Shown: positions 39,801-54,205 of the stretch, one piece after another | Layout: the number at the start of each line of letters is the position of its first letter | Position numbering within the stretch: the first letter of the stretch is position 1 | Assembly (NCBI GenBank): GCA_951406725.2 | Contig: OX597817.1 | Span: forward strand, 113,150,001 to 113,214,000 | Source: Octopus vulgaris | Lineage: Eukaryota | Reading direction: 5' to 3' | Length of the DNA stretch: 64,000 nt | Made by a program: the position numbers and the translations under genes | Notes under the pieces: generated by a model | What the model was told of the DNA's origin: nothing | Seen by the model: the letters and a program-made list of their open reading frames with translations, nothing else | Database searches by the model: none

Positions 39801-41464
39801 ACAGTTACATCACCACTACAAAGTTAACTATGTTATTGATAGCAACTAAAAAAAGATGCTTCTTTTCTGCTCAGTAACAGCATGAACACTGAATCTTTCA
39901 GTGGTGTCCCTATTGACTCGATAGACTTATAGGACTAACTTTTCACTCTTGTATATTGACTCACAACATACCAGCTACTTGACTCATTATGGTGCTAGAT
40001 TGACTCCTTTACAAGTATGATATTGTGTTTCTTAACACTAAATTTACAGTGAAGTGGCTCAACTGAAAATTAGTATTTAGGATGGACTTGTACAGCTTGA
40101 GGTTTTATGCAATTTGGAGGTGTTGTATAATTAAACTGTGAGAAGATACATCAGCTCACATAGCATGCTGAAATCTTCTTGAAAGTAGTTGGTTAAATCT
40201 GTAGTAACTTAACATTATCTTCAAAAGTAATGCTATGAAAACTGGGCATAAGTTTCAACAGTTGGTAACAATTTCCAGTAATAATAGAAGATAAAACAAA
40301 ACAAACAGAGATATAGTAACCCCTATTATGCTTTGATCTCCTTATCAATGCAGAAAAAGAAATAAAACCACATATGACCAATGTTATAAACTATAAACAT
40401 AAAAAAAAGGTTTGTTGAATGTATTTTTTTCTTCCCTGAAACTGATGTGTTCAGCTGGGGTTTTGTGTGTGTGCGTGTGCTAAAGTAATAGATGCAAGGA
40501 ATTCAGGTTGAACAGAAATTTCATACGGAAAGATTTCTTCCAACTCCAATACAAACATACACAACACTGAGAGCTAGTGGAAATTAAGTTTGTTCTACAT
40601 TGTATACTAAATGAGTGGCTTATCAGTGAGTAGGAATTGTATCAAAAGAGGCCTCTCCCATATAAGCAAAATTATAATGTACTGAATTGTGTATGAGCTA
40701 AGACAAGCTAAAAGGTAGACTCAAGTACACACACACACACACACATACAATTATGAAAATGGATACTAATTACACATATGTACAAGTAATATAATCCTGT
40801 ATGGTAGTTGTCTTGTTTGTCTGGAATATTGAACAATCAATATCAAACTTTTACACTTGCACTAATTCACTCATTCACATCCTTATACTTACATACTTTA
40901 CATACACATATACACTCAACAATGATACACTGGTATAGATACACTTTTAAGCTAGCATGGAATGCTCAATACATCAGCATTATACTTACATGTGCTCACA
41001 TGCATTCATATATGCAGCCACATTCATTCCTACTCATATATCCTTACAAATTTTCATATGCATACATATACAGGCATTTACATGTACACATACTAACACA
41101 TTTATATACATATATCCCTCTCCCACTCTCTCTTCCTATATGTGTGTGTGTATGTATACACACACACACATTTATTTATTTAAATATATATACATATATA
41201 TATGTGTATATAACTCTTGCAGGAAAATCTTTTTTTTTTATTGATATCTATTTAAATTTTTCCAGATTTGTATATAGCATAGAAAACTCATACACATGCA
41301 TTACTTTAATTCCTTTTATATTATTAAGCTTATCCAAAAATTCAACACGAGATTTAATAATCAGCAACAAATTCACATCAGAATTTTTTCTATATTGATT
41401 TGAAACTTATGCATGTTTGAACAATCTGCACTCACATAGAATATACAGTCAGAAACAAATAATA

Positions 41465-41790
41465 GCTATTTCCAAACCAGTGTGATTGCTCGACCTGTAG
41501 GTGGAAAATGACAGTATGGTCATGGCTGGAATGTCTCTCATCAAAGATCTGCTCTATCAGAGGTGACCTGGAGGCTAAACAACAACTGACGAAGCCACTA
41601 CATGTTTGCATGGCCTGCTAGAATTAGCAGCAAAGTCATCCTCAAATTACACCCTACTGTTTTTAAAAAAGAAAGAACATATTAGAATTATTTAGTCCTA
41701 AATCCATTGTATCTTAATGAAAAGATAGGCTGTTTAGTTGCTGCTGGAATGCGATTGATTGTATAGGTTTGGAACTGGGTCTATACAAGT
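41465..41790 (+). mobile_element. Two family D repeat fragments in tandem
   Basis: GGTCATGGCTGGAATGTCT...GGCTAAACAACAAC and CTGCTAGAATTAGCAGC...CTGGAATGC. Confidence 0.55.
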
Positions 41791-43852
41791 GGCAAACTTT
41801 AATTAATAATTACAAATCAAAGATCAGTTTTCAACATCTGAAAATTTCAATCTGCAGCAGTTGCCTGTTCATCCTCTTCCTGCCATCAGCACAATGCCAT
41901 TACTGGATCCACCTAATGTATTACATAGGTTTCCTTTGAAAGAGATTTCAGTCATATAGTTCCATTCAATTGCCTAAGCCAACCATAATCTTCAATCTTT
42001 GGTTGCTCATAACCATCAGTTGTTCCAGCACAAATAATGTGATTCCAACATGAAATTTCTGCAAGTCAATGTGAGATCTTCCTTTTTGTATATCTGTTGA
42101 TTATACTTCTTAAATATTCTTTTCCACCACACTAAATATAGCCATTTTCTCTGACAATAATGAGTTTGGGAAATTTCTTTCAATTAACATTTGTTTTGAC
42201 AGTGTTAATTTTAAACTATTTTTTAAACCCTTTTGATACAAATCCACCCAAAGCCGTACTAGAGTGTTTATATTTAAATTTAAACCTCAGTCAAAATCTC
42301 CTTATAATATAACTGATACAAGATTTTTATTAGTCAACATCATCATAATGTACAAATATATACAGTTACAGATATTTTACTGTATCCCTTCAAAGTCTTG
42401 ATTAGTCTACACTAATTAGAGTACTCTTGAATACTCAATTGATTCTGCAATGAGAAACAAATAATATATAGAAACAGAAATTCTCTGTTTTACTTGATTT
42501 TCATAATTACTTCACACACTATTTTTCAACAAGTTTCAATGGCTGGTCTCTTTCTGTTGCTTTGATTAGGTTGTTTTGCTTTGACTAGCTTGTCTCTTCT
42601 TTCCATTCCTAACTCTTAAATAGCAGCCTGTTAGCAAAACATTAATTTCTATGATGGATACACTTTTCTTTCATTCCTCTTGCTAATCTTGTTTGTAATA
42701 TGGCATGTTTTACATTTCTAGTTTTATTTTTCTCAACATCAGAAATCTTTCTCTCTCATTGCTTAGAAAAATCAGCTATATGGATATCTTTCTAAATTCA
42801 ATTTGTAATTATCAGATAGCTTTCTTTTATACCTTTTCAAATCTTTTCTGTTTCACATTACTTGATCAGCTATTTCTTTTTCTACAACTATACCTCTTCA
42901 AATCTAGAAATATTTGTTCCAGTCAAAGCCTTAGTTAATGGCTTATATATATAGTAAGTCATTTCTTAATCATGCCCATATGTTCTCTGTACAATGTTCT
43001 TGACCTTTGTCCACATATACATCTTCTAATACTGTGTGGAAACTGATCTTTGTGGAAATACCTTTCAGTTTTGAAATTTTTCTCTCATTCATTAAAAGAC
43101 ATGCCATCTCTCATGGTTTGTAACCCAAAATTTACTATTTTATATTCAAGTGAGAATTTCGTCTCTTCTCTCACTTGAAGGATCCAAAATGTGAAATTCA
43201 TTTACTCTGCATGGCATACAAACTTTCTTTTCCATATACCAATCTCTGTTCGTTTACATTTTTAACTGATTTCTTTCTGACATGACCATTAAAATAACTT
43301 CATTAGCATTGAAACCTTCCATTTCACTTATCTTAATCATTTTATTACATACCCTCACATTTTCTGTGTTGAGCAGAAGTCAGTACTACAGTTCTCTCAG
43401 TTACAATAATCCTACAATAATCCTACAGAGTTTTGTATCTCTAAGTACTCTACAGAATCTATCTGTGAAGATATTCTCAATTCCTGTGTATAACATGCAG
43501 CAGTATGACATCTCCAACATCTCTTGCTGTTCTTCTTATAATGCTGACATTAACATCAGTTATCTGACAAGAACAAATGGCATTATTGCTTGGTGATATT
43601 TATACTCATGTGCCATGGTGGCAGGATTTGGTGACATCTCTGTACCCCTACCATGTCCTGAACAGACAATGGCATGCCATCCATGTCTTTGCATTTTTTT
43701 ATACTATACATCTTTTGTTTGGCGAGAATGCTTACCACAGAACCTTGCAGCTCTGATAAACCATTTAGGGTGATTTATTGAGGAACTGGCACAATAAAAA
43801 GAATTTCTTCCTAGTCCCAAAACTTCTTTCTCCCCTTCTGTGATATTTTTTA

Positions 43853-44180
43853 TCTTTTACTTGTTTCAGTCATCAGACTGTGACCATGTTTAGTTAAATG
43901 AATTGACCCCATTACTTATTTTTTCTAAGCCTAGTGCTTATTCTATCAATCTTTTTGGCTAAGTTACAGAGATGTAAAGACACTAACACCGGTTGCCAAG
44001 CGATGGTGGGGGACAAACACAGACACAAAGACACACACACATAGATATACACATACGATGGGTTTCTTTCAGTTTCTGTTTATCAAATCCACTCACAAGG
44101 CTTTGGTCGGCCAAGAGTTACAGTAGAAGACACTTGCCCAAGGTGACTCACAGTAGGACTGAACCTGGAACCATGTGATT
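43853..44180 (-). mobile_element. SINE family A, head truncated at the LINE junction
   Basis: Reverse complement of family A up to GAACCTGGAACCATGTG. Confidence 0.85.
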
Positions 44181-44532
44181 AGGAAACACAGTCTATTGCC
44201 ATCAAGATGTAGGACAAGATACTGTGATAGCCTGGGCTTCAGAGGCCCACAGCTCTTCAATATCCTCCCAAAGAACCTGAGAGACTTGCATGGGGTGGAT
44301 GCAGATGTCTTTAAAATAAAACTGGATCTCTTCCTGTCAGGTGTCCCAGAGGAACCAACTTCACGGCAGGAGGTGCAGATGAGGATAGCTGCATCGAATT
44401 CTCTCATGCACCAAATGGCAATTGCTAAAACGCATTTGTGAAGTAAAATCATGTAGCAACACCAAATGGCAGTGCCCCAGCATGGCCACAGTTCTTGAGC
44501 TGAAACTAGATAAAATAAAATAAAATAAATAA

Positions 44533-44538
<6 letters not shown>
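44181..44538 (+). mobile_element. CR1/L2-group LINE 3' end (ORF2 C-terminus + 3' UTR)
   Basis: ORF 44175-44441 SLGFRGPQLFNILPKNLR...FKIKLDLFL matches the N-x-LP...FKxxLDxxL terminus of CR1/L2/Crack ORF2. Short UTR and (TAAAA)n tail running into (TA)n. Confidence 0.8.
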
Positions 44539-44590
<52 letters not shown>

Positions 44591-45154
44591 TTTTTATTTT
44601 TAAGTGACCATTCTCCTGTGTAGGTTGCCTTCATTATTGCTCCATAAATTTTTAAAATAAAATATATGTAAGTAATACTGTTGAAGAAACAAATGAGTAG
44701 CAAAATTAGAAATTGATAAGAAATCTGAAAATCAAGAATGGGAAGGTAAAATAGAGGTAACATTTATGAAAGGAAGGAAAGGAGGGTAACATTAGAAACA
44801 GCATGAGAACAGGCAATTGTGCAAGACCAACAACCAATGTTGTTGTTTACACTTCAGGTCAGCCCTAACCAAGCTGACCTATCATTAAAGGCATCCCAAC
44901 TGTGATGCTACCAATATTTATCAAGATCAACATTATTGAATGTATCCTTACTTTGTTTAAAGATAGTAAAGTTGGATATGAAGGAGATTGGACTACTATT
45001 TCTTGCATATGAAGCAATTGCATTGACTCTCCATCATTGGATTATAGAGATTTCAGTGCTAACTGTCGTCAATGTTATTAGTATAGTTTAACCCCCAAAT
45101 CAACCATATTTGAGGAAACCTGTGATCAAAAACATTCCAGTCGTCTTTTCTTTG

Positions 45155-45780
45155 TTTTTCACTTGTTTCAGTCATTAGACTGTGGCCATGCTGGGGCACT
45201 GAACTAATCGATCCACATACTTTTTTTTTTTAAAGCCTGGTGCTTATACTATTGGTCTTTTTGGTAAACCGCTAAGTTGAGTGACATAATCACACCAATA
45301 CCAGTTGTCAAGTGATGGTGAGGAACAAACACAGACAGAAATACACACACACACACAAACACACACAATTAAAAGAAGAAATAGAATTTTAAAAATCCTG
45401 GCAGATATCAATAAAGCACTCAGTATTAAAAGAATTTGGTTATAAATGTTCAACAATCAGACATCAGTAAATGTTAGTAGAATACATATCCCAGATAAAT
45501 CATCATGCATGACAGGTAAATCCAAGTATCAGAGTATTTAACAACCAAAAATATGTACAGAGAAAACTATATCTTTATTATAGATTTCACCTCATGAAGC
45601 CAACATACAGATATATATATACAATCAGCCTCTTTCAGATTCTGTCTGTTAAATCTACTCACTAGGTTTTGGTTAACCTGAGGCTATAATAGAAGACACT
45701 TGCCTAAGGTGCCACACAGTGGTACTGAACTCAGAACCATGTGGTTGGGAAGCAAGCTTCTTACCACAGAGCCAGGCCTA
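45155..45780 (-). mobile_element. SINE family A split in two (45155-45370 and 45620-45780)
   Basis: Tail half and head half in the same orientation, separated by about 250 bp of unrelated sequence. Confidence 0.65.
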
Positions 45781-46381
45781 AGACCATCCATCTTAGACTT
45801 TTTTTTTGCAGACATAGGTTAAGCAATCAATCGCATAGAGACTCCTTCATTGTAAACTAACTGAAGTAGAAAATATCTGTTGAAAGGAGAAATATTGTAT
45901 TCAGTGTAGCATGGAAACAGTATTTCATACCATGGGCTATAGATAAGTAAATTAATAAAGCAACAAGCAGAAGGACAAGCACAGGCAAAACAGCAATTAC
46001 ATGTTAAATACACTGGTCTGGCAAAAAAAATTAACGTTAGACAAAAGAATATGGGAATTATTCATAATTATATAATTCATGGCATTTACTATATGTTTAT
46101 AATTATGTAATATATATTTCAGAGAAGTAAATAATATATAAATCATATATTTATAATTATATTCCATATAATTGGGAATAATAATATATATTAATTATAA
46201 TTATATGAAAAATTCCTAATTACAATTATAATTGCTTTAGCTTTTTTATTAATGTCCATTGTCTTTTTTTTTTTGTTCTTTTTCCATTAGAAATTGAATC
46301 TACAGCATATGTTCTAGAGTCTTTCTCTTTTTCTTCTCCCTTTCTCTTGCTCTTCTCTCTCCTTTCTTTCTCTCTCTTCCC

Positions 46382-46413
<32 letters not shown>

Positions 46414-47441
46414 TTTTTCTTATACACCTTAATACTCTCAGAAACTTGTGTTTCTTTTACCTTTTTTCCTGTTTTATTTCCCATACACTGAAGTCTTTTT
46501 AATGAATATCATTGATATCAACCATCACTATTAACTATCCTTTTATATTTCATTATTAATCATTAATGAGTAGAAAATAAGGCCCCAGCACACTAAATCT
46601 GTGACCTGGTTTTTAGCTAGTTACTTCTGCTTATGCTACATTGAAAAAAGTATTTAGTGTTAGAACTCACAATTCCTCCTCTTTCACTGATATGAAAATT
46701 CCAATGGTATGCTTTAAAATAATTTAGATATGTAATGCTGAGATGTCCACACTATATTTTGTTTGTAGTCCCAGAACCCTAGATTTTGTTTAAGTTACAA
46801 AGTCTCAAAAATAAATCTTACAAGCTCAGATTATTATATTATTTTATTTAAGTAATAATAGTAACATTTCATTGTAGTTTGCAACTTAGTTACAATTCTT
46901 GCTTGTTGCTGTTTCTCTTCACTTGTATTATCATTGTCATTATCCTTGAGAAAGGCATGATGATCATGCAATCTTATATCCTTCACACTACAATTCAGAA
47001 CACAGAACAAAGCCAGCTGCTAATCTACTTATCATTTATTTAGTCCAGACTGGAGATTGGAAACTTTTATGACATAGCATGCTAAATCAGCAAATTTTAT
47101 GATATGCTATGCTTAGTGTTAATTAATCCAATGTTTCATGTGCTGTTACAGTACTTCCTTTTGGGTTCTCAATTTCCATAGTTAAAACATTCGTACTGTT
47201 CCACATATAAAATTACCCTAATTTAGTAACATTTATCTTCACATTGTAAAATTTTTTTAAAGAATGATTTAATATTTCAATGATAGCTTCATGCAAATTT
47301 ACATGCTCCATTGAAAAGATACAGTAAGTCAGGCACTCAGCTATAAATAAGGAAATGATAAAGCACACCACTGTTGTTGGGTGAAAATATTGCAAAAAAA
47401 AAAAAAACTCATTTGTATGTTCTAATTGAAATTAAATATCA

Positions 47442-47765
47442 AGCACAGGCATGGCTGTGTGGTGAGAAGTTTGCTTTCAAATCACACAGTCTCTGGTTCA
47501 GTTCCATCACATGACATTTTGAATAAGTGTCTTTTACTATAGCCCCAGGACAGCTAAAGCCTTGTGAGTGGATTTGTTAAATGGAAACTGAAAGAAGCCT
47601 GTCCTGTGTATATATATGTGTGTGTGTGCTACTGTCTCCTTTCTTTGACTTCATGCAATAGTTGTAAATGAATGTCAGTATTTTCCATGAAAATGTCTGC
47701 TTATGGGAAAATATTACCTTACTTGGAAACAGATGTGGGTTGGCAACAGGAAGGGCATCTGAGTG
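47442..47765 (+). mobile_element. SINE A2 (family A head, alternative body), ending at the mariner remnant
   Basis: Family A head, then ...ATTACCTTACTTGGAAACAGATGTGGGTTGGCAACAGGAAGGGCATC. Confidence 0.75.
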
Positions 47766-48811
47766 GTGATTTTTTATAGGAAACTCTTGAAACATCACTT
47801 TCTAGGATGGACCAAATAGCAAAGTCTATAGGGTTGATATCTGGGCTGGAGCGGGGCCACACATTCTTGCCCCAGAACCACTGAAATGGCTCCTGCACTA
47901 CTGCTGTATCACATTGGATGTATGAGAAGGAGCACCGTCTTGTGTGAATACATAATTATCTCCAAATGCTTTGGTCACCCATGGCAAAACAGTATTCTCC
48001 AAAATGTATATGTAAATTGCTGAATTGATTTCTCCCCCCCCCCCCACCACCACCATCCTTTTAATGCAAACCAGAGGAGATTTTCCACCATTGGATGACA
48101 CTGCTGCCCAAACCAACACTCTGGTAGGCTTCATTTAGTGAAATGCCTTATGGGCACCTTTGGGAACAGCATCAAACTGTAGCCAAAATCCTGTCATTCT
48201 GGGTGTTCACTACAGCCTCCATGGTGAACATCTTTTCATCCAACCAGATGAAGACATTGTCACTGGTGCTCTGAATCTCCTCTGCCATTTTTTTGAATCT
48301 GTTCAGTTGCTTTGCTTTGGAAGCAGCAAAAATTAGGTGTCAGCATTGCAATTTTAATGGCTTACAATTTAAGTCTTCCTGCATGACCCATCGCAGGGTT
48401 GCCTGGAAGATATCAAGACTTTTAGTCATTTTCCACATGCTCTACCGTGAATTTTGAAACACTCTCTTTCAAACAACATCCACCAATTGTTTTGACCAGG
48501 AATAGGCTTGCTGTCCATTGAACCTGTCTCACTGTAGAGTTTCATGGCATTATAGACTGTTTTGGTATCAACACCAACTCTTGATGCCACATATTTGGTA
48601 CTATCCTGTTTTTTTCAGAGCTACAGTCTCACTTCACTTGTTAGCTGCCATATTGAAACATTTTATTCACCGAATGTAAACAAACAATGGAGTGTATATA
48701 AACAATTGACTGCCAAGGAGCACATTTTAATTATTTTGGTGCAATTTCTAACTAAATTTAATAAAATAAGCTTATTTAAATAATTGAGAATTCTTTATGG
48801 TGCACCCTGTA
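47766..48811 (-). mobile_element. Tc1/mariner (maT-like) transposon, decayed, one TIR
   Basis: Peptides FIWLDEKMFT, VLVWAAVSSNGGKSPL, YVFTQDGAPSHT and SSPDINPIDF. Terminus ...CACCCTGTA at 48803-48811. Confidence 0.85.
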
Positions 48812-48869
48812 CAACTGAGATTTCAATAGAATAAAAGAATTATATATTTTACGTGAGTAAAAATCAAAA

Positions 48870-49287
48870 TCATTATCATCATCAATTAACAACCGCTTTT
48901 TCATGCTCACATGAGTCGGTAGGCAGATTTTCTATTGCTAGATACTCTTTCTGTTATCAACCGTCACCTGTTTCCAAGTAAGGTATTATTCCCCATAACC
49001 AGATATGTTTTCATGGAAGATTCAAAACAAATAACACTACTTGAATGACACTGATATTCATTACAACTATCACATGAAGTTACAACAAGGAGACTAATAC
49101 ACACACACATGCATTTAGATATACAACAGGCTTCTTTGAGATTCATTCTTCAAAATTCACTCATAAGGCTTTGGTTTGCTCAGGGCTATAGTAGACGGCA
49201 TTTTCCCAAAGTGCCATGCAGTAGAACTGAACCAAAAACCATGTAGTTGGGAAGCAAACATCTGCCACACTGCAATACCTGCACCTC
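48870..49287 (-). mobile_element. SINE A2, full length, with (GAT)n RTE-type tail
   Basis: Family A head at 49130-49287, body homologous to 47640-47765, ends in (CAT)n on the + strand. Confidence 0.7.
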
Positions 49288-52200
49288 TGGTAAGTTTTCA
49301 ATTATAAAAACCCTGAATAACAAAACTCTTTATATACAAAATGTATCTCCGAGTTACACATCATGTGACTAATGACCTATCACTCTATGACATGTAATAA
49401 ATTTGAAAGTATTTTATATTCATAATGTTAGAGATATAACTGTAATCAACCAGGGGATAACTTATCAGACTGATGACAAAAGTATTCAGTACATGCAAGA
49501 TCTGTTCTTTTATGACCCTGACATACCTGTAGTTTTGAGCATAAATGCACTTACCACCTGTTACAGTGCAATCCTTACATATTTCTGTGCCAGATTTGAA
49601 CTACTGCTATTTTGATTCCTTATAAAAATCTTATATTGGTTTAGGTATAGCTAAGAAAAGACAAAGATAATTACAAGCAATATCCGATGCCCTAATGACA
49701 GTTGAATTATAAACATTTAAATTCTAGTTAGCCTTCATACAATGGCCTTTCAAATTACAATCCCAAATTAACAGTGACATGTCTGGTTACTAGTATTTCA
49801 GTTTTCCTTTAATATAATTGTTTCTTTTTTTAAAACCTAAATTTTCTTTACAGCAAAGTTAAATGTATAATATAAGTAATTTAATGACATTTGCTGTTAG
49901 ATACCACTCATAATTAAATTAGTGAAAGAAAAAAAATTCACAAAATTGGGCAAAAAGAATAAAAAAGCAAAACCTTAAACCTCTGTGTTTTAAGGTTAAC
50001 ATTCTCACTTCTATCAACAAATACATACAATATTGCCTTTGGAAAGTTAATTGTATGATCATAGAGAGGTGGAATTCATTAAAAATGAAATCAACACGAA
50101 GAAAGTATAATGTGAACCAGTGCCAGAATCAGCTCAAAATTACTTCTTGTCTCATTAAATTAAAATTATTGCCACCATATAGAAATCTGATATTTTATAC
50201 TTGTCCCTATCAAATGAGTCAATCCTTCGACTATTACAATTGTCATAAGAGTAGTAATTGTTGAATGTAAACTAATATCTTATTAAAATAATTATTTAAT
50301 AACTCTACTGCTTCTCTAATTTATTTACAGAAAAGAAAAAAGCATCAATGTTATATGTAAAGGATTAGAAATAGCTTCTTTTTATTCAACCACTAACAGC
50401 ACCTCTCTCATTCACTTTCTCTTTCTCTCTCTCTCTCTCTGTCTATCTGTTTATCTATCTATATATCTGTCTATCTATTTCTTTATATATGTGTGTGTGT
50501 GTATGCATGCATGTGTATGTATATGTGTGTGTGTGTGTGTATGTTTATATAAATTCTTTCTCATCCATGTATGTGTGTGTGTCTTTATTTGTGTGTGCAT
50601 GTATGATGAGATGTACATAAGTGCACACTAATATTCTTGGATACATGGTAAGAAAAACCTCATCGAAAGAGAAAGAGAAAGCAACATATGTTGGAATATT
50701 GATATTCCTTTACGAATTCTCATTTTCTATGGAACTGGTCAGCATACCTTTGTCATGTTATGTAAATAGATGGCAAGTAGGCTATTGTAGCTAGCCATTA
50801 AGTGGGTCATACTAAACCGGTATCTATTGTTGTGGCTAACTGTCTTACAAAATATACATGTGAAACAAGCAATAGATTAAGAGAGGAAGTTACCGAGAAC
50901 TTGCAATAACTGTGATGAGACATGTCGTGTTGTGTTGTAGGCAAAGATAGAAGAGATGATAACAACAATAACAACATCAAACAGCAACAGTTGCAACAGC
51001 AGTAGCAACAAGATATTCTGTTAACAGAGTTGAGAATGACAAGTGGAAGTGGAAGGCTACAAAAGAAATTAATCAATATATGTAAAATGGTCTGTGCGAT
51101 AAAATGAAGTGAAAAATTATTATTGATGTTGATTGGGTCAGGGTTATATATTTCATTTAATATTTTCTTCTATGAAACCAATGGAAGTATATAAATATGA
51201 ATGCTAGAGAAAAATCAGCATGAACAAAATGTGGGAGTGTCATAATGAAGAGTGAGAAATGAAATGGGTGGGAAAGAGGGAGATGCAATGTGAAAGTAAA
51301 TGTTAAGACGGAATGAGTAGTTAAATAGATATGTGTTGAAGGAAGGAAGGAAGAAAAGTATTTGATGATGTGAAACTAATACACATGAGAGAGAGAGAGT
51401 TAAGAGTGTATTTTTTGATATATAGAAATTGTATGATACAAGAAAAAAAATGAGGAAAAGAAATAGATGACAACAGAAGAAAAATAAATGGAGAATGAAA
51501 GAAGAGAGAATGGATGGATAGACGGATGGATGGAATGAAAGGTGAAATGTATGTGAGTAGGCAGTTATACTCCATCCAACTGAGTTGAGAGCAGGAACTA
51601 ATCAATAAAAGCAGTATGCAATTTGTTTGAACTACTAGTTAAGCACAGTGATATTAAACGATGAACTGGCTGAATAATAGCTAAATATTAGCCAGGTTTA
51701 CAACTTAGTATGTAAATGACAGAGATAGTTCTAGACATCTGGTCATGGATCTACCTAAGTTTCTTCCTGCTTTTTTTTTTTCTTGTTCTGTTTTACTATC
51801 ATTCTACTCCAAGACAGACATATACCACTCCATCTTTCACTTTGTTGCATGGCTAGTGGCAATTGTCCTTCTGTTTCTTATTTCATTTAAATTGAATATG
51901 GATTTTGCCACTGGTATGGATTGAGATAAAATAAGGTATTAAGAATTTCTATAAAAAAAAATGAATAGACAAATAAATGAAAAGAAGATTATTGGTTGAC
52001 TTGTTTCATGTTAAATTGTTGCAATAAAAATATCTAGAAAAATTAATCAATAAGGTTTTCATTGGTTCAACTTTGTTTCCGTGGAATCGGCAAGATGAAA
52101 TGAAGGATATAATCAATAAGGTGGTTATTGAACAACTAGTATAACAAATCGATTTTGAAATTAGTCCCAAAAATTAACTACTGCTCACTTATATGACAAT

Positions 52201-52549
52201 GATTCAATTAAATGCATTGTTGTGTTAAAGAATTCCTATTACAATAAACTCTAATTATCACAATGTATTAATCATTCTAACTTTTTTGATAAATTACCCT
52301 TTCTTTTTATGTTTATTAATCTCTATCACTCTTATGTGTTCATTTTTATAGCATATATAGTTATTTCCAAAATATGTCTGGAATTTGATCAGAATTATTT
52401 CCCCTTTCTATTGATGTCAGTCGTCTTGAGGCAGATTATCTGCATTTAAAATGCTTCTTTCGGATTGTTTTTGTTGAGGAATTAACAGAAGTGATGCAGT
52501 TACACTATTTTTGGAAGGTTACCAAACCTTCCCATTTCAACTAGTACTA

Positions 52550-53973
52550 CCATGAAATGGTGTTACTTTGATCAGTTTTAAACTTCTTATTACAATAATT
52601 TCATAACCTTTTTTTCAATCTTAACTAAATTTCACTACGTTAGGGAGACTAAATAGGCAAACTGATATATGAAATAAAAATAAGTTGCAGTCAATATTTG
52701 ATTCTTTTTTTTTTTTTTATATAATTGTTGCTGTTCAAAGTAACTCCTGATTTGGGGTTACTTTGAACAGTAATGTTTTTTATTAATAAATACAAAAGTA
52801 AAGTCAATGAACAGTTTTAAGTGTCATAGCACTAAAAAATATGCCACACAGTTATCAGTAAGTCACATTTTATATTCCCCATTCTTGTTCAAGGTCAGGG
52901 AATCGATAGAAACCCTTGTTGTTCAGTGGAATCTCTTTTGTTTTCATTTCTACCACATCTTCCCAGTTATAGACGAATTTATCTACACATTAATCACTTC
53001 CACTCTATCTTTCCACATTTTGTCAATGATGACACAAGTTCTCCATCACTTCCAGTTGAGATCACTTGACCAGGAACTGTTTGCCTTTCATACCTCACAA
53101 TGACTACTTTGTCTGTCTGTGTTTTCTGCTCTTGCCATGTCTGAAGTACTGGAGTGCCTGTCACATTCTCATTCATAGAAACATCACTATCCACAGAGTT
53201 TAGCTCTTCATCATGCAAATTCTCTTGCTGCTCTCTTTCTCCATGCTTTTCTATAACTGTTGATGAACTGGTGGCCATCATTTCACTGCCAGAAGCACTG
53301 ATGTCTTCAGCACTTATACTTCTGTCAGGGGTAACATTCAACTTCTTTTGTCTCTTCTTTGGTCTGCTCTCATTCACTCCTCTCATTGACTTTAGCATTC
53401 CCAACACAACATCTGAAACTCTTACATCGATGGCTTCATCATCTTCTTTGCTCACTTGATGATCTGGTAGCTGATCCAAAACTTTGTCTGGATGAAAAGG
53501 GTGAATTCCACATTTCATGAATCCACTTTCCAGATTCTTGCTGTGAGTGATACTGTCAGGAAAGAGAGCAGCATGCAGCTGTGTGAGCAGAGCAGGAAAA
53601 GCATCTTTAGTTAATACCTTTGAGTTCTTCTTGCCATAAGCCTTCCAATAATTTAAGATTTTTCTCCAAATTTTTTTAAGAGGCCCATAGAATGCCACAT
53701 CAAGCAGTTGAAGCACCTGTGTGGAATTGGGTGGTAGCAGCTTGCTTACTGCCAGAAACAGTGATTGGGGTTACTCTGAACAGCGTTCAAAGAAACCCTG
53801 CTGGATAATCAAAGGGGGAACATGTCATGTTATACAAGTTTTTCAAAGATACCAAAGTTATTAAAACACTTCAAAAGAAAATTATTAAGTAGTTATATTA
53901 ACATCATATTTTACCAAAAGCTTGTGTCTTTTATGCAAGAAGTGCTTTAGCTACTGAAAAAAGTATTCAAAGT
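52550..53973 (-). mobile_element. pogo/Tigger-like (DDE_1) DNA transposon, internally deleted
   Basis: ORF 52994-53716 and upstream codons read LPPNSTQVLQLLDVAFYGPLKKIW (LPPxxTxxLQPLD motif). Repeated subterminal motif GGGGTTACTTTGAACAG in both orientations near 52562, 52731-52770 and 53767-53800. TA precedes the left end. Confidence 0.75.
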
Positions 53974-54205
53974 GTCTTCTACTATAGACCCAGGCCAACC
54001 AAAACCTTGTGAGTGGATTTAGTACATGGAAACTGAAAGAAGCCCTTTATGTGTGTGTGTCTGTATTTATGTTATGTTTGTCACCCACCACCATCACTTG
54101 ACAACTGCTGTTTATTTGTTTACATCCCCATAACTTAGCAGTTCAGCAGAAGAGACCAATAGAATAAGTGCCAGGCTTAAAAATAAGTACTTGGATCAAT
54201 TTATT
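53969..54205 (+). repeat. 237-bp local copy of SINE segment 58088-58324
   Basis: Shares private variants (GTACATGG, CCCTTTATG) with the 58088 copy; about 5 substitutions by eye. Confidence 0.9.

Noticed and set aside
41840-43300. Possible very old transposase remnant on the minus strand (..IEDYGW..)
   Set aside because: Multiple stops and only a short, non-diagnostic motif. Needs a translated HMM search.
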